From an uncultured Verrucomicrobiales bacterium (GTDB taxonomy: Bacteria > Verrucomicrobiota > Verrucomicrobiia > JADLBR01 > JAIBCM01): DNA of 64,000 nucleotides. Below the pieces are notes generated by a model. The model saw only the letters and a program-made list of their open reading frames with translations. It made no database searches and was not told the DNA's origin. Position numbers and translations under genes: made by a program. Every line of letters starts with the position of its first letter. Within the stretch, counting starts at the first letter, position 1. This document shows, piece after piece, positions 29,524 through 38,224 of this stretch. The stretch lies in assembly GCA_964435495.1 (NCBI GenBank), contig CAYSZK010000005.1:9434-73433 (forward strand). The letters are read 5' to 3'.

Positions 29524-30825
29524 ATGGTCGTGGACAAGGGACTTCGGGTATCACTGACGGCGCATCCGACCCTCGGGGTCATCATGGGGGGGGGGGCGGG
29601 GACGCGGCTGTTTCCGTTGACGCAGGACCGGGCCAAGCCGGCGGTTCCGCTGGGGGGCAAGTACCGGCTGGTCGATATCCCGATCAGCAACTGCCTGAAC
29701 GCGGGGATCCGGAAGATTTTCATCCTCACCCAGTTCAACAGCTCCTCGCTGCACCGCCACGTGCAGCGTTCGTACAAGTTCGAGGATTTTTCGCGGGGCT
29801 TCGTGGAGATTCTTGCGGCCCGGCAGACGGCGGACAAGCACACGGGCTGGTACCAGGGGACGGCGGACGCGGTGCGTCACAACCTGGTGCATTTCAATTC
29901 GGAGGATCACCAGCTTGTGTTGATCCTGTCCGGGGACCAGTTGTACCGGATGGATTTCCGGGACGTGATCTCGCAGCACCTGCAATTGGGGTCGGAGATC
30001 ACGGTGGCGGCGATCCCGGTGGACCGCACGGCGGCGAGCGACCTGGGAATCCTGCACATCGACCAGGACCGGCGGATCACGCGGTTTGTCGAGAAGCCGA
30101 AGGAGGAGGCGCTGCTGAACTCGCTGCGGCTGGACGCGGAGACGCGGGCGGGCATCGGCGCGGGCGGGGACAAGGACCTGTACCTGGCGTCGATGGGGAT
30201 TTACGTGTTCAATCGGAAGACGCTGCAGGAGGCGCTGGACAACGAGAAGGTGGACTTTGGGAAGCACGTGATCCCGGACGCGATCTCGAAGCACCGCGTG
30301 CACGCGTACGTGTTCCAAGGCTACTGGGAGGACATTGGGACGATCAAGGCGTTTTACCACGCGAACCTGGACCTGTGCTCGGCGCAGCCGCAGTTTGACT
30401 TCTATAACCAGCAGGTGCCGGTGTTCACGAGGCCGCGGTACCTGCCGGCGACGAAGGTTGAGAAATCGGTGCTGGAACGGGTGGTGATCGCGGACGGGAG
30501 CCTGATTCATGAGGCGCGGTTGACCCACACGCTGGTGGGTTTGCGGGCGGTGATCGGCAAGGGGTCGGTGGTGGAGGATTCGGTGATCATGGGGGCGGAC
30601 TACTACGAGCAGGAGCATCCGCGGCCCGGGGCGCCCCCGCTCGGGATTGGCGAAGGTTCCGTGGTGCGGCGGGCGATCGTGGACAAGAACGTCCGGATCG
30701 GCCGCAATTGCCGGGTTTCCCCGGAGGGCAAGCCCGCCCACGCCGACCACGCCCTGTACCACATCCGCGATGGCATCATCGTCGTGCCCAAGAACACCGT
30801 GATCCCGGACGGGACGATTTTGTAA
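29524..30825 (+). CDS. glgC: Glucose-1-phosphate adenylyltransferase
   Basis: [13 protein letters not shown]...[21 protein letters not shown] and the C-terminal left-handed beta-helix region. Contains a G11 homopolymer at 29586-29596. Confidence 0.85.
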   Translation: MVVDKGLRVSLTAHPTLGVIMGGGAGTRLFPLTQDRAKPAVPLGGKYRLVDIPISNCLNAGIRKIFILTQFNSSSLHRHVQRSYKFEDFSRGFVEILAARQTADKHTGWYQGTADAVRHNLVHFNSEDHQLVLILSGDQLYRMDFRDVISQHLQLGSEITVAAIPVDRTAASDLGILHIDQDRRITRFVEKPKEEALLNSLRLDAETRAGIGAGGDKDLYLASMGIYVFNRKTLQEALDNEKVDFGKHVIPDAISKHRVHAYVFQGYWEDIGTIKAFYHANLDLCSAQPQFDFYNQQVPVFTRPRYLPATKVEKSVLERVVIADGSLIHEARLTHTLVGLRAVIGKGSVVEDSVIMGADYYEQEHPRPGAPPLGIGEGSVVRRAIVDKNVRIGRNCRVSPEGKPAHADHALYHIRDGIIVVPKNTVIPDGTIL

Positions 30826-30873
30826 GGCAATTCCGGGCTCGCGCCGCGCCGCGTTCCCGGCATATTCCGCTCC

Positions 30874-31335
30874 ATGCGCATCGGCATCGTTTGTTCGGAG
30901 TATCACGCCGAATACACCAACGCCCTCCTCGACGGCGCCCTCGGCGGCCTCGCCGGGCACGAACCCGCCGTCGTCCGCGTCCCGGGCGCCTTCGAGATTC
31001 CCCTCGCCCTCCAGCGCATGGCGGAGAGCGGACGCTTCGGCGCGCTAATCGCCCTGGGCCTGATCTGGCAAGGGGAAACGGACCACGCCGATCTCATCGC
31101 GCGTGAGACGGCGCGCGCCTGCATGGACATCTGCCTGGACCACGACATCCCGGTCGTCTTCGAAGTCCTCACGGTCCGCACCGCGGCCCAGGCCCGCGCC
31201 CGGTGCATGGGCAAACGCCTCAACCGCGGCGCCGAAGCCGCCGCCACCGCCTTGCGCATGGCCGCACTGGACGTGAACCAGGCCGCGGGACCGTCCACGC
31301 CGCCCCCGCGCCGCGCCCGGAGGCTTCGCGCATGA
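30874..31335 (+). CDS. ribH: 6,7-dimethyl-8-ribityllumazine synthase
   Basis: VPGAFEIPLA ... ALGLIWQGETDHADLI ... PVVFEVLT match RibH. Confidence 0.85.
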   Translation: MRIGIVCSEYHAEYTNALLDGALGGLAGHEPAVVRVPGAFEIPLALQRMAESGRFGALIALGLIWQGETDHADLIARETARACMDICLDHDIPVVFEVLTVRTAAQARARCMGKRLNRGAEAAATALRMAALDVNQAAGPSTPPPRRARRLRA

Positions 31336-31802
31336 GCACGGGCGCCAAACCGCGGGAGTCCAAGGGTTCCCGGCGCGAGAGCCGCCAGTTCGCGCTCCAA
31401 TTTTTGTACGGGCAGGACGTGAACCCGTCCGAAGATATCGCCGCCGCGCTCGAACGGTTCTGGATTTCGCAGGAACGGGATCCGCCCTGCGAAGTGCGCG
31501 CCTTTGCGGAACTGCTCGCTCTCGGCGCCCTCGAAAAGCGCCTCGAAATCGACGCGGTCCTCACCGGCTACCTGAAAAATTGGACCCTCGACCGCCTCGG
31601 CGTTGTCGAGCGCAACATCCTCCGGCTCGCCCTCTACGAGATGCGCCACCGGGAGGACATTCCGCCAGTCGTTTCCATCAACGAAGCCATCGAGCTCGCC
31701 AAACGCTACGGCGCGGACGACGCCGGCGGATTCGTCAACGGCATCCTGGACCGCGCCCGCGAAGACATCCTGCGCCCGGCGCGTTCGGCGGCGGGAGGGT
31801 GA
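31332..31802 (+). CDS. nusB: Transcription antitermination factor NusB
   Basis: RRESRQFALQFLYGQD ... LDRLGVVERNILRLALYEM match NusB. The start overlaps the ribH stop (ATGA). Confidence 0.85.
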   Translation: MSTGAKPRESKGSRRESRQFALQFLYGQDVNPSEDIAAALERFWISQERDPPCEVRAFAELLALGALEKRLEIDAVLTGYLKNWTLDRLGVVERNILRLALYEMRHREDIPPVVSINEAIELAKRYGADDAGGFVNGILDRAREDILRPARSAAGG

Positions 31803-31844
31803 CGTGGGTCCGGAATCGCGCCCCGCGCCGCCCCTCGGAGCCGC

Positions 31845-32693
31845 ATGATTGGCCTTCTCAAAAAGATCGGCGCCCGGCTCGCTGGGGGCGCGCCCGACTG
31901 GGACGGCCTTGAGGAGGACATGATCCGGGCCGACTTGGGCGCGCGGTTCGCCGCCGAATTCGTCGATGCCCTGCGCAAGGACCAGGGCGCCCTCGCCGCC
32001 GGGCACGCGGCCAACGCGGCCAAGGCGCGCATCCGCCGTCTCTTTGGCAACCCGGCCCCGCCGGCGCTTGCCGAACCGTTGCACGTGATCTTGATGGCCG
32101 GCGTGAACGGCGTGGGCAAGACCACCACCTGCGCCAAGCTCGCCCGCCGGTACGCCGCCCAAGGCCATCGCGTCCGGCTCGCGGCGGCCGACACCTTTCG
32201 CGCCGCGGCCGTTGAGCAGCTTCGCCAGTGGGGCGGGCGCCTGGACATTCCCGTGACGCATGGCGCCGAAGGCGCCGACTCCGCCGCGGTCGCCTTCCGG
32301 GCGGCCGAGGAGGCGCGGGCCGCGGGGGAACGCGTCCTGATTGTGGACACCGCCGGGCGGCAGCACACGCGCGGAAACCTCATGCAGGAACTCGCCAAGG
32401 TCGCGCGCGTCGTGGGCAAGGCTTGTCCCGGCGCGCCGCACGAGGCGCTGCTGGTGATCGACGCCGCAACGGGCGCCAACGCGGTGGCCCAGGCCCGCGA
32501 ATTCGGAAAAGCCGTCCCGCTCACCGGAATCGCCGCGGCCAAGCTCGACGGCTCGGGCACCGGCGGCGCGCTGGTCGCCATCCAGGCCGAGTGCGGTCTG
32601 CCGCCGCTCTGGGCGGGCACGGGCGAAGGTCCGGACGACCTGGCCCCTTTCGATGTCGAACGCTATCTCCATGGACTCTTCGCCGGCGGATGA
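31845..32693 (+). CDS. ftsY: Signal recognition particle receptor FtsY (NG domain only)
   Basis: GVNGVGKTTT, DTAGRQ and LTGIAAAKLDGSGTGG motifs. Confidence 0.85.
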   Translation: MIGLLKKIGARLAGGAPDWDGLEEDMIRADLGARFAAEFVDALRKDQGALAAGHAANAAKARIRRLFGNPAPPALAEPLHVILMAGVNGVGKTTTCAKLARRYAAQGHRVRLAAADTFRAAAVEQLRQWGGRLDIPVTHGAEGADSAAVAFRAAEEARAAGERVLIVDTAGRQHTRGNLMQELAKVARVVGKACPGAPHEALLVIDAATGANAVAQAREFGKAVPLTGIAAAKLDGSGTGGALVAIQAECGLPPLWAGTGEGPDDLAPFDVERYLHGLFAGG

Positions 32694-33294
32694 CTCCGCG
32701 TTTGTCCGCGTCACGGATTTGTGCCGCCCGTTGGACTGGCGGGCGATTTTTGGCCGGGACGCCCCCGTGCATATTGACCTCGGGGCGGGCGACGGCGGGT
32801 TTGCGGCCGCGTTTGCGGCGCTGCATCCCGGCGTGAATCTGCTCGCCGTGGAACGGCTCCTTGGCCGGGCGCGAAAGATCGACCGCAAGGCGCGGCGGCT
32901 GGCTCTCGCGAACCTCCGCGTCCTGCGCCTTGAGTCCGCCTACACCGTCGAGTTCCTGGTCCCGCCCGGCTCGCTGGCGGTGATCCACCTGATGCATCCC
33001 GATCCGTGGCCGAAGAAGCGCCACCACAAGAACCGCCTTGTGCATCCGGCGTTCGCCCTGGCCTGTGCCCGCGCGCTGGCGCCTGGGGGCGAATTGCGCG
33101 TGACCCTTGACCATCCCGGCTACTTCCGCTGGATTTATGACGTGCTGGAGGCCTGCCCGCGGTTCCGCGGCGAACCATGGCGCCCGGGCCCGGATTACCC
33201 GCGCTCCGACTTTGAGGCGGACTTCACCGGGCGGGGGAAAGTCGTGTTCCGGCATCGGTGGATCGTGCGGGAGGGAACGCCCGGGGATTCCTGA
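32671..33294 (+). CDS. trmB: tRNA (guanine46-N7)-methyltransferase
   Basis: IDLGAGDGGF and HPDPWPKKRHHKNRLV signature. Confidence 0.8.
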   Translation: MDSSPADDSAFVRVTDLCRPLDWRAIFGRDAPVHIDLGAGDGGFAAAFAALHPGVNLLAVERLLGRARKIDRKARRLALANLRVLRLESAYTVEFLVPPGSLAVIHLMHPDPWPKKRHHKNRLVHPAFALACARALAPGGELRVTLDHPGYFRWIYDVLEACPRFRGEPWRPGPDYPRSDFEADFTGRGKVVFRHRWIVREGTPGDS

Positions 33295-33413
33295 GTTTCG
33301 AATCCCCGGATGGGAACAACGCCTCCCTCCGGGGATTCCCTCTTTTGGAGGGAGAGGGCGCCGCGCCAAAGCGCCATGCCGGTTTTGGGACGGCGGCAAA
33401 ACTGCGTCGAAGC

Positions 33414-34094
33414 TCAAAAAATTCCCACGCACCAGGCCCGCGCGGCGAGGAACGCGAGAAACGGGAACGTGGCGATGTACGCGCTGCCAAGCAGCGCGCC
33501 CGCGAAGCCGCCCAGCACCAGCGCGCCGTCCCGCTCCATCAAGCCCAGGGACAGAAGGACCAGGGCGAAGGCAGGGAAGGTGTTGGACAACGGGATTGGA
33601 AGGGGCAGGAACAGGATGAAACCGCAATAGGCGATGCACAACCCGATCAGACGCCGGGTGACGGGCCATTCCATGAAGCCGAACCGCGGACGAATGAAAC
33701 GCTCCAGGCGTTCCGACCAGCGCACGCCCGCCGACAGGACGCGCCGCAACCGTTTTCCCTCCATGCGATGGTTCACGATAAAGCGCGGCAGCCAGGGACG
33801 CTGGCCGAGCGCAAGGCGGAAGCCCATCAACGCGATCGCCGCGCCAAACGGGGTGGATAAACCAGGGATCGGCACGACGCAAAAGGGCAACGCCATGAAG
33901 GCGATCATCAAGGCGAACCCGCGCCCCGCCAGCGCCCGTTCGACCTGGGCCAGGGTGACCGGTTCGTGGTTCGCGTGCGCGTCCAGAAACGCCCTGAGGT
34001 CGGCGCTCAGTTTTGCGGCCGCGGGTCCCTGCGCCGTTTGCGCCGGCTCTCCGGCGGCGGCCACCGCATCCATCGCCGGGAATGCCATGACCAA
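33414..34094 (-). CDS. ExoD family exopolysaccharide synthesis membrane protein
   Basis: Membrane topology and sequence pattern are consistent with ExoD (~220 aa). Confidence 0.6.
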   Translation of the reverse strand: MVMAFPAMDAVAAAGEPAQTAQGPAAAKLSADLRAFLDAHANHEPVTLAQVERALAGRGFALMIAFMALPFCVVPIPGLSTPFGAAIALMGFRLALGQRPWLPRFIVNHRMEGKRLRRVLSAGVRWSERLERFIRPRFGFMEWPVTRRLIGLCIAYCGFILFLPLPIPLSNTFPAFALVLLSLGLMERDGALVLGGFAGALLGSAYIATFPFLAFLAARAWCVGIF

Positions 34095-34144
34095 CAGGCT
34101 ACACCCGGTATGCGCGCCCCGTCAAACCCCTGCGGGTCGCGGGG

Positions 34145-34480
34145 TTAGCGTCGGCGCAATTGGGCGAGCGCCACGGCGGCGCCGCCCAGGCAGGCTATGG
34201 CCGCCAGCGCGAACCGGATATATTCCATCCCCTCAAGCCCTTCGGAGGCGAGCAGGAACGCCCTTTTCCCGTACATGAACGCCGCGACGCCCGCCACGGC
34301 CAGGGCGACCCAGCGCAGCCACGCCGCGCGGGCCACGCCGAAGGCAAGGGCGATCAGCACCGCACCCATGGCGCCTCCGGCGATCAGGGCGGTCTTTGCT
34401 TCGGGGTTCAGCAGCACGAATACGGCGCCGAAAACCACCAGCAGCAGGCCGTATCCGAAAAGCAAGCGGTCGCATTTCAT
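34145..34480 (-). CDS. Small 4-TM membrane protein (TMEM14/UPF0136-like)
   Basis: 111 aa with four hydrophobic helices. Confidence 0.4.
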   Translation of the reverse strand: MKCDRLLFGYGLLLVVFGAVFVLLNPEAKTALIAGGAMGAVLIALAFGVARAAWLRWVALAVAGVAAFMYGKRAFLLASEGLEGMEYIRFALAAIACLGGAAVALAQLRRR

Positions 34481-34601
34481 GGGGGGAACGCTACCCCGGA
34501 TTCAGGGATGCGCAAGCGGCTCGGAACACGGGCGCCGGCGGCAGGCCCCAAGCGGGCGGGCGGCAAGGCGTGCGCCGCGGAGGCGCGGAGGCTTCGCGGA
34601 A

Positions 34602-34955
34602 TCAGCGCCCGGCCTGGACGGCTTTGAAAATCTCGCCGAAGACCTGGGGGTCGCGGACGGCGATGTCGGCGAGAATCTTCCGGTCGATCTCGATGCCCGA
34701 CTTTTTCAAGGCCTCCATGAACCGGGTGTAGGTGGCGCCCAGCTCGCGGACGGCGGCATTGATGCGGGTGATCCAGAGGCCGCGGAACGTGCGCTTGCGC
34801 TTCTTCCGGTCGCGGTAGGCCCAGTATTTGCCTTTCATCTGGGCGTCCTTGGCGTAGCGGAAGAGCTTGCTGCGGCGCAGGCGGTATCCTTTGGAAGCCT
34901 CCAGCACGCGTTTGCGGCGGCTGCGGGAGGCGGGGGCGTTGGTGGCGCGGGGCAT
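34602..34955 (-). CDS. rplT: 50S ribosomal protein L20
   Basis: [58 protein letters not shown] is a classic L20 sequence. Confidence 0.9.
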   Translation of the reverse strand: MPRATNAPASRSRRKRVLEASKGYRLRRSKLFRYAKDAQMKGKYWAYRDRKKRKRTFRGLWITRINAAVRELGATYTRFMEALKKSGIEIDRKILADIAVRDPQVFGEIFKAVQAGR

Positions 34956-34985
34956 GGTCGTGTCTCCTGGGTCGTGATTCTTGGA

Positions 34986-35195
34986 TCAATGGAACGGGAT
35001 CGTGTCCATGAGTTTGCCGTGCATGGACGAATGGACGAGAGCCTTCTTGCCAAGGCGCATCTTGCGTTTGGCGTTCTTGCTGCCGGCCAGGTGGCGGCGT
35101 CCCGCGCGGGTGCGCAGGACTTTTCCGGTGCCGGTGACCTTGAACCGTTTGGTGACGGCTTTCTTGGTCTTGCGGCGGGCGATGGATCTGGGCAT
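34986..35195 (-). CDS. rpmI: 50S ribosomal protein L35
   Basis: Basic 69-aa protein with [20 protein letters not shown]. Position between infC and rplT. Confidence 0.8.
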   Translation of the reverse strand: MPRSIARRKTKKAVTKRFKVTGTGKVLRTRAGRRHLAGSKNAKRKMRLGKKALVHSSMHGKLMDTIPFH

Positions 35196-35344
35196 GGGAA
35201 ATTCCTGTCTAATCTTTCGGTCTGCTGCTGTTCCTGCTGTTCTGTTGTCCTGCTGTTTCTGTCTGTCTGCGCCCGCGGGCCGGGTGGCCCGGCACGCGCC
35301 GTGTCACCGCGCCGCCAAGCACGCCCGCTTGGGCGGGCGGCCGC

Positions 35345-35980
35345 TTACGCCTGGCCCGCGGCGGGTTCGGCGGCATTCTCGCCGGCCTCGTCGTGGCCTT
35401 CGTCCTCGGCTTCGTCCTCGGGCTCGTGGTCCGCGGCGCTGTATTTCCGCTGGCGCTTGGCTGCCGGCAACGGCGCCACCATCGTTGTGATGGTCCGGCC
35501 CATGAGCTTGGGCTCGACCTCCACGTTTCCGATGTGGGCGAGATCCGAGCAAATGCGCCGGACGACTTGGTAGCCGAGTTCGGCGTGCTGGGCCTCGCGC
35601 CCGCGAAACCACAAACTTATCTTGACCTTCATGCCCTTGTCAAGAAAAGCTTCCGCGTTCCGCAATTTGGTCATGTAGTCGTGCTGCGCGATGTTGGGGC
35701 GCAGTTTGACCTCCTTGACCCGGCCCGCCTGGGTGTGTTTCCGGGATTCCCGCTCCTGCTTGGCCATCTGGTAGCGGTATTTGCCGTAGTCCACGATCTT
35801 GCAGACCGGCGGTTGCACGTTGGGGGCGACCTCGATGAGGTCCAGATGATGCGCCCGCGCCTTGGCGAGGGCTTCCTCAATTCGAAGAATCCCGAGTTTT
35901 TCGCCTTCCGGACCGATCACAAGCACTTCGCGCGCCCGGATGCGGTGGTTGGCCCTGAGTTGGGGGGTGTGGTGTTTCAG
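35345..35980 (-). CDS. infC: Translation initiation factor IF-3 (non-AUG start likely)
   Basis: REVLVIGPEGEKLGIL...HLDLIEVAPNVQPPVCKIVDYGKYRY. The N-terminal homology (RANHRIRAREV) extends upstream of any ATG/GTG to about the thrS stop. This implies a non-canonical start (ATT/ATC/CTG), as known for E. coli infC. Confidence 0.75.
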   Translation of the reverse strand: MKHHTPQLRANHRIRAREVLVIGPEGEKLGILRIEEALAKARAHHLDLIEVAPNVQPPVCKIVDYGKYRYQMAKQERESRKHTQAGRVKEVKLRPNIAQHDYMTKLRNAEAFLDKGMKVKISLWFRGREAQHAELGYQVVRRICSDLAHIGNVEVEPKLMGRTITTMVAPLPAAKRQRKYSAADHEPEDEAEDEGHDEAGENAAEPAAGQA

Positions 35981-37812
35981 TGGCTCCTGCCGTGGATTTG
36001 TTCGCGGACCATGGCCGCCCAGTCCGCGAACGGCTTGACTCCTTCATCTCCTCCGCGCCGGCTGCGGACCGCCACCGCGTCCTGCGCGGCTTCGCGGCCC
36101 CCGACGATGGCCATGTAAAAGACTTTCTCCAACTGCGCTTTCCGGATTTTCGCGCCCAGCTTCTCGTTGCTCGCGTCCACCGAGACTCGCACATCCATCC
36201 GCCGCAGGGCCGCCTCGTATTCCCGCGCCTTGGGCGCCTGGCCGTCGGCCACCGGCAGCAACCGCACCTGTTCGGGGGAAAGCCACAACGGAAAGGCCCC
36301 GGCGAAATGCTCGATCAACACGCCCACAAACCGTTCCATCGATCCGAACGGCGCGCGATGGATCATGACGGGCCGGTGCATCTTGTTGTCCGGCCCCACG
36401 TACCCCAGATCGAACCGCTCCGGCAGGTTGTAGTCCACCTGCACGGTCCCCAACTGCCACTCCCGCCCGATCACGTCCCGGACGACAAAATCGATCTTGG
36501 GCCCGTAGAACGCGGCCTCGCCCGGTTCCTCCTTGAAGTCGAAGCCCATCGCCCGCACCGCCTCGCGGCAGGCCGCCTCCGCCTTGTCCCAGCCCGCCGG
36601 GTCGCCCACGTACTTCGACGAGTCCGGGTCGCGCAGCCCGACGCGCACGCGGAAGCCGGTGATTCCCAAGGTTTCAAACACCAGCTTCACCAGTTGCAGG
36701 CAACCCGCCAATTCCGCCGGCACCTGGTCTTCGGTGCAAAACAAGTGGGCGTCGTCCTGGGTGAACCCACGCACGCGCGTCATGCCGCCGATCTCCCCGG
36801 ACTGCTCCCAGCGATAGACCGTGCCGAATTCCGCCAGCCGCACCGGCAGATCGCGGTAGCTCCGGTGGTCGGAGGCGAAGATGCGGATGTGATGCGGGCA
36901 ATTCATTGGCCTGAGGAGATACCCCTCGATCTCGCCTTCCGCCATCCGGTTGGCCAGGTCGCCGCATGTGCAGCCTTCTTTCGCGAGTTTGCCCAACAAG
37001 TCCGGCTCAAGCAAAGGCGGATACTGCGAGTCGCGGTAGTACGGGAAGTGGCCCGAAGTCCGGTACAAGCCCAGCCGCCCGATGTGCGGCGTGAACACTT
37101 GTTGATAACCCTGGTTCCGAAGCTCGCGCAGGATGAAGTCCTGCAATTCCTGGCGGATGATGGCGCCGGCCGGCGTCCAAAGGACCAGCCCCTGGCCGAC
37201 CGCTTCGTCGATGTGAAACAGCTTCAATTCGCGCCCCAGTTTCCGGTGGTCGCGTTTCTTCGCCTCCTCCAGCATCTCCAGGTGCTTGTCCAGCTCGGCG
37301 CGGGTGGCGAACGCCGTGCCGTAAATCCGCTGGAGCTGCGGGTTGCGCTCGTCCCCCTTGTAATAGGCGCTGGCAACCGAAGTCAGCTTGAACGCCCCGA
37401 TCTTCGCCGTGTCCGCCACGTGCGGCCCGGCGCAAAGGTCGAGGAACCCGCCGTTGCGGTACAACGAGATCGGTTCGCCGTCCGGGATGCCCTCCAGGAT
37501 GTCCACCTTGAACCGGCTCGGCGCCCCGCGCGGCCCCAGCGCCGCAAGCCGCCCCTGGCGCGCGAGAGCCAACGCCTCCGCGCGGGTGACGACGCTCTTT
37601 TCAAAGGGATCGGCCACCTTCACGAATTCCGCCATCGCGCCCTCGATCGCCGCGAAATCCTCCGGGCTGATCCTGTGGGCAAGATCGACGTCGTAATAGA
37701 ATCCGCCCTCCACCGGCGGCCCCGCGGCAAACTGCGCGTCCGGCCAGAGCTTCACAATCGCCGCGGCCATGACGTGGGCGCACGAATGCCGGAGACGTTC
37801 CAAGTCCGACAT
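35977..37812 (-). CDS. thrS: Threonine--tRNA ligase (N2 editing + catalytic + anticodon-binding domains; no TGS/N1 domain)
   Basis: HSCAHV editing motif at residues 9-14; class II motifs and C-terminal anticodon domain. ATG at 37812; the six-frame ORF extends spuriously to 38484. Confidence 0.9.
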   Translation of the reverse strand: MSDLERLRHSCAHVMAAAIVKLWPDAQFAAGPPVEGGFYYDVDLAHRISPEDFAAIEGAMAEFVKVADPFEKSVVTRAEALALARQGRLAALGPRGAPSRFKVDILEGIPDGEPISLYRNGGFLDLCAGPHVADTAKIGAFKLTSVASAYYKGDERNPQLQRIYGTAFATRAELDKHLEMLEEAKKRDHRKLGRELKLFHIDEAVGQGLVLWTPAGAIIRQELQDFILRELRNQGYQQVFTPHIGRLGLYRTSGHFPYYRDSQYPPLLEPDLLGKLAKEGCTCGDLANRMAEGEIEGYLLRPMNCPHHIRIFASDHRSYRDLPVRLAEFGTVYRWEQSGEIGGMTRVRGFTQDDAHLFCTEDQVPAELAGCLQLVKLVFETLGITGFRVRVGLRDPDSSKYVGDPAGWDKAEAACREAVRAMGFDFKEEPGEAAFYGPKIDFVVRDVIGREWQLGTVQVDYNLPERFDLGYVGPDNKMHRPVMIHRAPFGSMERFVGVLIEHFAGAFPLWLSPEQVRLLPVADGQAPKAREYEAALRRMDVRVSVDASNEKLGAKIRKAQLEKVFYMAIVGGREAAQDAVAVRSRRGGDEGVKPFADWAAMVREQIHGRSH

Positions 37813-38224
37813 GGCCTCGCGCTCGGCGAGGCTTTTTCTGTCCCCGCCCGATTTCACTTTGCGGCGGGGGTGGATAGCGCCCGCGCGGACGAAGCCGTCC
37901 GATGGAGGGAGTGCGGGCCGTTCATGCGCGGAAGGAATGGGCGGTTTCGGCGCGCTTGTCCATTCCTTTTTTCGATCCCGCGCCGGCCGGCTCTCGTTTT
38001 GACGGGGAGCGATTCCGGGCCTGGGTCCTTGGAAGAGCCGGGCCGGATGGGGCGGCCAGGGCGGAATCGCCCGGCGGAATCGCCCGGCGGAATCGCCCGG
38101 CCTTGACTCGCCAACCTGTCCATCCCATGCTCCGCCCGTCCATGCACCAGGAAAGAACTTGGGGGCCACTTTATGCAGGCACGGCCCGCGGTTTCGCCTG
38201 GCGCGCCTTCCCCGTGGAGACGCC
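37813..38224 (-). promoter_or_regulatory. Long thrS 5' leader containing 3 tandem copies of CGGAATCGCCCGG (38060-38100)
   Basis: ~400 nt untranslated region upstream of thrS. ThrRS is translationally autoregulated via its leader in E. coli. The repeat is seen directly in sequence. Confidence 0.3.

Noticed and set aside
35877-36194. 105-aa minus-strand ORF between infC and thrS
   Set aside because: It is out of frame with both thrS (C-terminus) and infC and has a basic low-complexity translation. The real signal here is the non-AUG infC start.
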